A stretch of DNA of 13,800 nt from Candidatus Eiseniibacteriota bacterium (GTDB lineage: Bacteria > ARS69), in assembly GCA_052390515.1 (NCBI GenBank), contig JBQTGV010000113.1, positions 1-13,800 of the forward strand, given 5' to 3'. Under the pieces are notes generated by a model. It made no database searches and was not told where the DNA came from. It saw nothing but the letters and a program-made list of their open reading frames with translations. A program made the position numbers and the translations under genes. Each line of letters opens with the position of its first letter. Position 1 is the stretch's first letter. Positions 1 through 6,767 of the stretch are shown piece after piece.

Positions 1-2874
1 CGCGGCCGGACCGGCGGCGACCGGTGACGGGGGGAGCGCCGGGCCGCTTCGCGGGCGGGGACGCAGGGCCGCTGCGGGAACCGTGCCGCCGGCGCGGGCC
101 CCGGCCTCCACCCGGGGTCTCGTGTCCAGCCGCATCGGCGCGACCGGCGGCCGGGGAGCCTCCAGGCGGATCTCGGTCTTCATGAGGCGCTCCGCGGCCT
201 GGAGGTCGATCCGGTCCATCAGATCGGAGAACATGCCGAACGCCTCCTTCTTGTACTCCAGAAGGGGGTCCTTCTGGCCGTAGGCGCGGAGCCCGATCCC
301 CTCCCGCAGCCGGTCGAGCGCGTAGAGGTGGTCCCGCCAGGCGGCGTCGATCGTGGTCAGGGTCACGAAGCGCTCGAACTGGCGGAAGAGTTCCGCCCCG
401 GTCGCGGCCTCCCGCTCCCCGTAGCGGGCGATCACCGCCTGAGCCGCGACCTCGCGCAGCTCCTCGGGCTTCTTTCCCTCCCGAGCGAGCTTCTCGAAGT
501 CCAGGTCGACGCCGAGCCGACGGCCGAACACGTGGCGAAGGCCGTTCCAGTCCCAGTCGTCCGCGTAGTCGCTGTCGGCCTCCACCGTGTGCTGGTCCAC
601 CGTCGCCGCGGCGATGTCCCCGACGAGGTTCTTGCACTCCTCGGCGAGATCTTCGCCTTCGAGGCTCGCGAGGCGGCGCTTGTAGATGATCTCGCGCTGC
701 TTGTTCATGACGTTGTCGTACTCGAGGAGGTGCTTGCGGATCCCGAAGTTCTGCTCCTCGATCCGCTTCTGCGCCTTGCCGATCGCGCGGGTCATGAACG
801 GGTGCTCGATCACCTCGCCTTCCTCGACGCCGAGCCGGTCCATGATGCCGGCGACCCGGTCCGACTGGAACAGGCGCATGAGATCGTCCTCGAGCGACAG
901 ATAGAACTTGGACGAACCCGGATCGCCCTGGCGTCCGGCGCGGCCGCGCAGCTGCCGATCGATCCGCCGCGCTTCGTGCCGCTCCGTGCCGACGATGTGC
1001 AGCCCGCCGAGGTCGGCGACGCCCGCACCCAGCTTGATGTCCGTGCCACGCCCGGCCATGTTCGTCGCGATCGTGACCGCGTCGCGCAGGCCGGCACGGG
1101 AAATGATTTCCGCTTCCTGCTGGTGGTACTTCGCGTTGAGCACGGAGTGCGGGATCTTGGAGCGCTTCAGCATGCGGGAGATGAGCTCCGACGTCTCCAC
1201 CGACGTGGTTCCCACCAGGATGGGTCGTCCCGTGGCGTGGACGCTCTCGATCTCCTCCAGCACGGCCTGGAACTTCTCCCGCTTCGTCCGGTAGAGCTGG
1301 TCGTCCCAGTCCTTGCGCACGATCGGGCGGTTCGAGGGGACCACGCAGACGTCCAGATCGTAGATCTGGACGAACTCGCTCTCCTCCGTCTCCGCCGTCC
1401 CGGTCATGCCGGCGAGCTTCTGGTACATGCGGAAGTAGTTCTGCAGCGTGATCGTCGCCAGGGTCTGGTTGTCGCGCTCGATCTTGACGGCTTCCTTCGC
1501 CTCCAGCGCCTGATGCAGCCCGTCGGAGAAGCGCCGGCCGGGCATCATCCGGCCGGTGAACTCGTCGACGATCACCACCTTGCCGTCCTGCACGACGTAG
1601 TTCACGTCCTTCTCGTACAAGGAATAGGCACGAAGCAGCTGGCTCAGGTTCTGCAGCCGCTCGGCGCGCTCGTCGAAGACCTTGTGGATGTCCTCGCGCG
1701 CGCGGACCTTGGCCGCTTCGTCGAGGGTGGCGTCGCCGTCGATGCGGGTCAGCTCGTCGGCCAGATCCGGGAGCACGAAGTACTCGGGATGCTGCGGCGA
1801 GATCAGCTGGCGGCCGTTCTCCATCAGGTCGCAGTTGTGGCGCTTCTCGTCGATGGTGTAGAGCAGCTCCTCGTCCAGCTCGTGCAGGCGCTTGTCGCGC
1901 ATGTAATCGGCTTCGACCTGCTGGATGAGCTTCTTCACACCGGTCTCGGCCAGCAGCTTCAGGAAGCGCCGGTTCTTGGGCGCGCCGCGCTGTACCAGGA
2001 GCAGCAGGCGGCCCGCTTCGGTGCGGGACTCGTCATCGTCCTTCTCCAGGAGCTTCTCCGCTTCCGTGACCTTGTTGTTGACCAGCTCCCGTTGCTTGGA
2101 GAAGAGGCGCTGGATGTGCCCCTTGAGCTCGTCGAAGCGGTTCGTGTCGCTCTCCACCGGTCCGGAGATGATCAGCGGCGTGCGCGCCTCGTCGATCAGT
2201 ACGGAGTCGACCTCGTCCACGATCGCGTAGTGGTGTCCCCGCTGCACGCGGTCCTCGGCGCGGACCGCCATGTTGTCACGGAGGTAGTCGAACCCGAACT
2301 CGTTGTTCGTGCCGTACGTCACGTCGGCGGCGTAGGCCGCGCGCCGCTCGGCCGGGCTCATTCCAGTCTGGATGACGCCGACGGTCAGGCCCAGGGAGCG
2401 GTACACGTGGCCCATCCACTCGCTGTCGCGGCGGGCCAGGTAGTCGTTCACCGTGACCAGGTGAGCGCCTTTCCCCGCGAGAGAATTGAGGTACAGCGGC
2501 ATGAGCGCCACGAGCGTCTTGCCTTCGCCGGTGGCCATCTCGGCGATGCGTCCCTCGTCGAGGACCGTGGCGCCGACGAGCTGGACGTCGTAGGGGACCA
2601 TCTCCCAGAGGACGGGGTGCCCGACGACGTCCCAGGTCTTGCTCACGTGCCGCCGGCAGGCCTCCTTGACCACGGCGAAGGCCTCCGCCCGGAGGTCCAG
2701 CAGAGTGGCGCCCTCCGCCATCCGGCGGCGGAACTCGTCCGTCTTGGCGCGGAGGTCCGCGTCGGAGAGCCCGGCGAGTTTCTCGAACTCGGCGTTGATC
2801 CGCTCCACCTCAGGGCGGTAACGCCGGAACGTCCGGGAGTTCCGGGATCCGAAAATCTTCTCGAGGAGGGCCAT
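1..2874 (-). CDS. secA: Preprotein translocase ATPase SecA, 3'-truncated by the window edge (958 codons visible, no stop)
   Basis: Manual minus-strand translation from ATG at 2874: MALLEKIFGSRNSR...; Walker A IAEMATGEGKT (MATGEGKT at 2515-2538), VTVNDYLARRDSEWMG, YGTNNEFGFDYLRDNM, AIVDEVDSVLIDEARTPLIISG, VDEFTGRMMPGRRFSDGLHQALEAKE, KLAGMTGTA, ATNMAGRGTDIKL, RRIDRQLRGRAGRQGDPGSS, LRAYGQKDPLLEYKKEAF. Confidence 0.99.
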   Translation of the reverse strand, partial: MALLEKIFGSRNSRTFRRYRPEVERINAEFEKLAGLSDADLRAKTDEFRRRMAEGATLLDLRAEAFAVVKEACRRHVSKTWDVVGHPVLWEMVPYDVQLVGATVLDEGRIAEMATGEGKTLVALMPLYLNSLAGKGAHLVTVNDYLARRDSEWMGHVYRSLGLTVGVIQTGMSPAERRAAYAADVTYGTNNEFGFDYLRDNMAVRAEDRVQRGHHYAIVDEVDSVLIDEARTPLIISGPVESDTNRFDELKGHIQRLFSKQRELVNNKVTEAEKLLEKDDDESRTEAGRLLLLVQRGAPKNRRFLKLLAETGVKKLIQQVEADYMRDKRLHELDEELLYTIDEKRHNCDLMENGRQLISPQHPEYFVLPDLADELTRIDGDATLDEAAKVRAREDIHKVFDERAERLQNLSQLLRAYSLYEKDVNYVVQDGKVVIVDEFTGRMMPGRRFSDGLHQALEAKEAVKIERDNQTLATITLQNYFRMYQKLAGMTGTAETEESEFVQIYDLDVCVVPSNRPIVRKDWDDQLYRTKREKFQAVLEEIESVHATGRPILVGTTSVETSELISRMLKRSKIPHSVLNAKYHQQEAEIISRAGLRDAVTIATNMAGRGTDIKLGAGVADLGGLHIVGTERHEARRIDRQLRGRAGRQGDPGSSKFYLSLEDDLMRLFQSDRVAGIMDRLGVEEGEVIEHPFMTRAIGKAQKRIEEQNFGIRKHLLEYDNVMNKQREIIYKRRLASLEGEDLAEECKNLVGDIAAATVDQHTVEADSDYADDWDWNGLRHVFGRRLGVDLDFEKLAREGKKPEELREVAAQAVIARYGEREAATGAELFRQFERFVTLTTIDAAWRDHLYALDRLREGIGLRAYGQKDPLLEYKKEAFGMFSDLMDRIDLQAAERLMKTEIRLEAPRPPVAPMRLDTRPRVEAGARAGGTVPAAALRPRPRSGPALPPSPVAAGPAA

Positions 2875-2910
2875 CGTCCCTCGGTTTCCGGGGGCGGGGT
2901 GAAACGCCAG

Positions 2911-2940
2911 AAGCTATCGAAGCACGCTCTCCGCTGTCAA
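2911..2940 (-). promoter_or_regulatory. Putative sigma70-type promoter for secA
   Basis: Minus strand reads TTGACA (2940-2935), 18-nt spacer, TAGCTT (2916-2911), ending 36 nt before the secA ATG. Consensus -35 and a TAnnnT -10 in very GC-rich DNA. Confidence 0.6.
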
Positions 2941-4634
2941 GGAAGCGGGAGCGCGTGCATCGCACCGCCCAATGTACCCACGTAGAGCAGGCCGGATCCC
3001 GCGGCCGGGGAGGCGTAGACCTCGGCCCCCAGCGCCCGCCGGCCCCGGGCGCTCCCGTCGGCGAGAGCCAGGTAGTGGACCACCCCGTCGAAGCTCGGCG
3101 CCACCACGAGGTCCTCCACGACCGCGGGCCGGGCGTCGAACCCGCGCTCCGCCGAGGCCAGCCACCGGGTGGAACCGCTGGCCGGATCCAGGGCGTGCAG
3201 CCTCCCGCGCCCGGTTCCGACGAGGACGAGCGACCCGGCGAAGCGAGGCTGCGCGTTGACCTCGCCCTGGAGCGGGCGGCGCCAGCGGATGCTCCCGGAG
3301 GATGCCTCCACGCCGACGGTGGTCCCATCTTGGGCCCCGGCGACGAGTAGTCCGGAGCGTGGGTCGTAGGCGGCGGCGGCCAGCACCGGCGAGCCCAGCG
3401 CGAGGCGCCAGCGGGGTTCGCCGTTACGGGCGTCCAGGCAGTAGAGCACGCCGTCGCTCGAGCCGACGGCCACGGCATCGTCGCCGAGAGGCTCGGGCGA
3501 AGCGCGCACGACCGCGCCCGTCGCGAAGGACCAGCGCCGCTCGCCCGTCTTGCGGTCGAACGCGTGGACCGCTCGGTCGTAGGATCCGACGATCACGCGG
3601 TCCCCGACGACGCACGGGCTGCTGACGATCTTGGCGCCGGTGATGCCGCGCCAGCGGATCTCGCCGCTCTCGACGTCCGCGGCGATGAGCCGGCCGGCGT
3701 ACGTTCCGACGAAACAAAGCCCTCCCTTTTCCGCCGGGGACGAGCCGATCCCCGAGCCGACGCCCGCTTTCCACAGCAATTCGCCGCTCTCGGCATCCAG
3801 GCAGTAGAGCGTCGAGTCGCGGGAGCCGAAGATCACGCGGTCCCGCACGACGAGCGGGGACGAGCTGATCGCTGCGGACGCGCGGAAGAGCCAGGCCTTC
3901 GCGGGCTCGTCCGGCGCCTCCGCGACCTTCTCGTCGTCCCGGAGGCCCGGCGCGGGCGAAACCCCGGCCTCGGCCGGAGGCGCGACGTGCGCGTCGCGGC
4001 GGGGTTCCCCGCCGCCGCTCCCACCCTTCCAGAGGCCGAGCGCGAGCGCGACTCCGAGCAAGGCGAGAATGGCGGTCGGCACGACGATGCGCGCGCGGGC
4101 CGGAGCCGGCACGGGACCCGGCTCGGAGTCTGCCGCCTCCACGCTCTCGTTGTGGGCCGCCTTCTCCTCGTCGATCGGCTCTTCGCGACGCCGCGGCTCC
4201 GGTGGCACGACCTCGCCGGGCTGGCCGGCGCCGAGCGCGGCGACGATGTCGCCGGACGCGGCGTCCACGAGTTCCACGCGGTCGGTCGCGCTCAGCGACA
4301 GGACCTGGGGCTCGGTCAGAAGATCGGCGCCGCCGTTCGTGCGATGACGCACGACGAACACGGCGGAGGGGTAGACCCACACCTGGTCGGCGAGACCCAC
4401 GAGGAACGCGGTTCCGGGAGGCGCCTGCGCGGCGAGCCGTCCGAGCCGCTCGTCCAGATCCGCCGGCCCGCGCGCGTCGTACAGCGCCTCCAGAGCGCCG
4501 GCGAGAGCTCCGACCGGCTGCTCGGGGACGACCAGGGCGCTCGTGAGCGCTCCCCGGCCGCGTCCGTTCTCGATGTGCACGTGGTGTCCGGCGGGCGTGA
4601 CGCCCTGCTCGGCGCGGTGGCCGGAGTGTCCCAT
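2937..4634 (-). CDS. Membrane-anchored PQQ-like (BamB-type repeat) beta-propeller protein, about 565 aa
   Basis: ATG at 4634 preceded by GGGAGGGG SD. One hydrophobic segment IVVPTAILALLGVALALGLW (4029-4088), then eight repeats of the type 'LDAxxGxxxW...SSP...V.GS.D' (WLFRASAAISSSP, WKAGVGSGIGSSP, WRGITGAKIVSSP, WSFATGAVVRASP, etc.). No lipobox, so not called bamB. Confidence 0.88.
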   Translation of the reverse strand: MGHSGHRAEQGVTPAGHHVHIENGRGRGALTSALVVPEQPVGALAGALEALYDARGPADLDERLGRLAAQAPPGTAFLVGLADQVWVYPSAVFVVRHRTNGGADLLTEPQVLSLSATDRVELVDAASGDIVAALGAGQPGEVVPPEPRRREEPIDEEKAAHNESVEAADSEPGPVPAPARARIVVPTAILALLGVALALGLWKGGSGGGEPRRDAHVAPPAEAGVSPAPGLRDDEKVAEAPDEPAKAWLFRASAAISSSPLVVRDRVIFGSRDSTLYCLDAESGELLWKAGVGSGIGSSPAEKGGLCFVGTYAGRLIAADVESGEIRWRGITGAKIVSSPCVVGDRVIVGSYDRAVHAFDRKTGERRWSFATGAVVRASPEPLGDDAVAVGSSDGVLYCLDARNGEPRWRLALGSPVLAAAAYDPRSGLLVAGAQDGTTVGVEASSGSIRWRRPLQGEVNAQPRFAGSLVLVGTGRGRLHALDPASGSTRWLASAERGFDARPAVVEDLVVAPSFDGVVHYLALADGSARGRRALGAEVYASPAAGSGLLYVGTLGGAMHALPLP

Positions 4635-4653
4635 CGCCGTCCCCTCCCTTCCC

Positions 4654-5307
4654 TCAGAACCCCACCGTGAGCCACTGTAGCACCAGGCCGCCGACCAGCG
4701 GGATGCGGAAGTTGTCATCCACCGGGATGGGCAGCATCTCCACGATCGCCGCCGCGAGGGCGGCGACGGCCAGCGCCGGCCAGGGGATGCCCGGTACCAG
4801 CAGCCACGAGGCGAGCAGCGATCCAGCGAAGCCGGCCAGGAAACCCTCGAGCGATTTCCCGAACCAGCGCCTCCGGCCCCAGGCCTTGCCCACGACGGCG
4901 GCGAGCGTATCCCCGATCGTGAGGAACACGAGCGCCGCGGCGGCCACCTCGCGCTCGAAGAGGTACGAGGCGAGCAGCGCGCTCACCAGCATGTACGTCG
5001 ACCCGGTGATGCCGGTGCGTTCGTGCCGGCGGATCAGGTGGCCGAAGAACGCGGTGAAGTAGCTGCGGACCTTGGGGTGATGGATCTTGATCAGGTCGAC
5101 CACGAGCAGCGTCACCGCGACGGTCACCAGCCCCCGCCGGAACAGCGTCTCCGGAAGATGCAGCAGGGCGAGGGGCAGCACGATCGACGCCAGATGGATC
5201 GCCTTGCGCGGAGCCTCGTCCTTCACCCGCTCCGCCGCCGCCTGCGCCTCCTCTCGCACGCGCTCCAGCTGGCTGCGGTCCGGTCCGGCTCCGCGGGTGC
5301 GCGTCAC
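4654..5307 (-). CDS. SEC59/DGK1/VTE5-family CTP-dependent polyprenol (dolichol/phytol) or diacylglycerol kinase, integral membrane, about 217 aa
   Basis: Family motifs RKAIHL, GDTLAAVVGKAWG...KSLEGFLAGF and DDNFRIPL, with several hydrophobic helices. GTG start at 5307 overlaps the upstream stop (GTGA) and has GGGAG just upstream; the longer track N-terminus lies inside the upstream gene. Confidence 0.87.
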   Translation of the reverse strand: MTRTRGAGPDRSQLERVREEAQAAAERVKDEAPRKAIHLASIVLPLALLHLPETLFRRGLVTVAVTLLVVDLIKIHHPKVRSYFTAFFGHLIRRHERTGITGSTYMLVSALLASYLFEREVAAAALVFLTIGDTLAAVVGKAWGRRRWFGKSLEGFLAGFAGSLLASWLLVPGIPWPALAVAALAAAIVEMLPIPVDDNFRIPLVGGLVLQWLTVGF

Positions 5308-6767
5308 CTGGCTCCCGCGCCCGCGTCGAAGGCGAAGGCGCGCTCCAGGGTCCGCTCGAAGACGGAGCGGGAGGCGTAGGTGGCTCGCGCGCGGATCTCG
5401 ACCGTGTACGTCCCCCCGGGGACGCGCTCCCCGCTCGCGTTCGTGCCGTCCCACCCGCCGTGGAACGGACCGCACGGGGTGCGGCGGTCGGCGACCAGCG
5501 CCGCGACCTGGGCACCCTGGGAGTCCAGCACGCGCAGCGTCAGCGTCGACTCCTCGGTGAGCACGAAGGCGAGCTCGACGCCGCCCTCGGCGGGCTCGAC
5601 GCGCAGGTCGCGCACCTCTGTTCCGACCCACAGGTACTGCCCACCGTCCGCCTCGGTCACGAACACCTGCCCGAGCCGCCGGTGGATGGCGATTCCGCGC
5701 GGCGAGCGGAACTCGCCCTGGCCCGTCCCTTCGGCGCCGAACGTGTCCAGAAGGAAGAGATCGTCGCGCAGCTTGTGCAGGCGATGGTGTCCCGTGTCCA
5801 CCGCGTACACGTTGCCGTAGTAATCGATCTCCAGCGCATCGAAGCGAGCGTCCTCCACCGGCAGGCTGCGCGCATCGGCCGTGGCGTGCAGGGATCCCGA
5901 GGGCGAGAAGCAGCGCACCCTGGCCCCGTCGAGGTCGGCGATGACGACCTGCGGCTGCTTGCCCCGCGCCAGCCGGTCGCCCTCCGGGACCGTCGCGACC
6001 GCCACCGGCCGGTCGAAGGCCGTCTCCAGGCCGAACGTGGTGCGCTCCCCGGTGACCGTGTCGAGCCGGAAGACGGCGTTGAACCGCCGGTCGCAGACGT
6101 AGAAGCCGCCCCGTCCGTCCGCGGCGATGCCCCGCGGCTCGAGGAACCCGTCGTAGACGCGCTCCGCCCGCAGGCTCGCGCCGTCGTGGCGCAGCAGCAC
6201 GACGCGCCGGTTCCCGGTGTCGGTGACCGCCACGCGTCCGTCTGCGTCGATGGCCACGTCGCTCGGGGCGGCGAGCGGTCCCGGAGGACCGCCGTCCCCC
6301 GACCAGGATCCGGCGCGCAGCGGACCGAAGTTCGTGAAGAGGCGGCCGCTGCCGCGATCCACCGCCACGACGGTGACCTCGTCGTCGTCGGAACGATCCG
6401 GTTCGTCGGTCGCGGCGAGCCGCACGACCGCGATCCCCGCGGGGTCGACGAGCTTCGCCCCCGGAACCGCGATGGCCACCTGCCGCTCGGTGACGCGACG
6501 GAAGCCCAGCGTGTGCGCGACCGGCGGCGGCACGAGGGTCGTGGCGAGCGCGGGGAGGGCGAAGAGCGCGCCAGCCGCGGCGAGAGCGGCGGCAGCCCGG
6601 GGCCGGGAGCGGTCAGTTCGGGTCGGCCGGCGCGGGCTGCAGGGTCTCGACGAGCTCTCCGTAGAGGTGGCGATAGATAGCCCAGCTGCGCGTGACCTTC
6701 TGAACGTAGCCGTAGGTCTCCGCGTACGTGATCCCGGCGACGTAGGTGTCGGTGTCGAACGGTGCAT
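5304..6767 (-). CDS. Secreted NHL-repeat beta-propeller protein with C-terminal FlgD-like Ig domain, about 487 aa (start uncertain)
   Basis: NHL repeats (PSDVAIDADGRVAVTDTGNRRV, PRGIAADGRGGFYVCDRRFNAV, GNVYAVDTGHHRLHKL, FGAEGTGQGEFRSPRGIAI). C-terminal TLRVLDSQGAQVAALV...WDGTNASGERVPGGTYTVEIRA is typical of FlgD_ig. Signal-like segment RSRPRAAAALAAAGALFALPALA. ATG at 6767 has GGAGGAG 8 nt upstream. Confidence 0.82.
   Translation of the reverse strand: MHRSTPTPTSPGSRTRRPTATFRRSRAAGLSIATSTESSSRPCSPRRPTRTDRSRPRAAAALAAAGALFALPALATTLVPPPVAHTLGFRRVTERQVAIAVPGAKLVDPAGIAVVRLAATDEPDRSDDDEVTVVAVDRGSGRLFTNFGPLRAGSWSGDGGPPGPLAAPSDVAIDADGRVAVTDTGNRRVVLLRHDGASLRAERVYDGFLEPRGIAADGRGGFYVCDRRFNAVFRLDTVTGERTTFGLETAFDRPVAVATVPEGDRLARGKQPQVVIADLDGARVRCFSPSGSLHATADARSLPVEDARFDALEIDYYGNVYAVDTGHHRLHKLRDDLFLLDTFGAEGTGQGEFRSPRGIAIHRRLGQVFVTEADGGQYLWVGTEVRDLRVEPAEGGVELAFVLTEESTLTLRVLDSQGAQVAALVADRRTPCGPFHGGWDGTNASGERVPGGTYTVEIRARATYASRSVFERTLERAFAFDAGAGAR

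Noticed and set aside
328..2985. 885-aa plus-strand ORF
   Set aside because: Codon-aligned antisense shadow of secA; GC-rich codon usage suppresses stops on the opposite strand and no family motifs are recognisable.
2937..3893. Calling the propeller protein BamB or a PQQ dehydrogenase
   Set aside because: No lipoprotein signal, an internal TM anchor instead, and short blades without the insertions typical of quinoprotein dehydrogenases.
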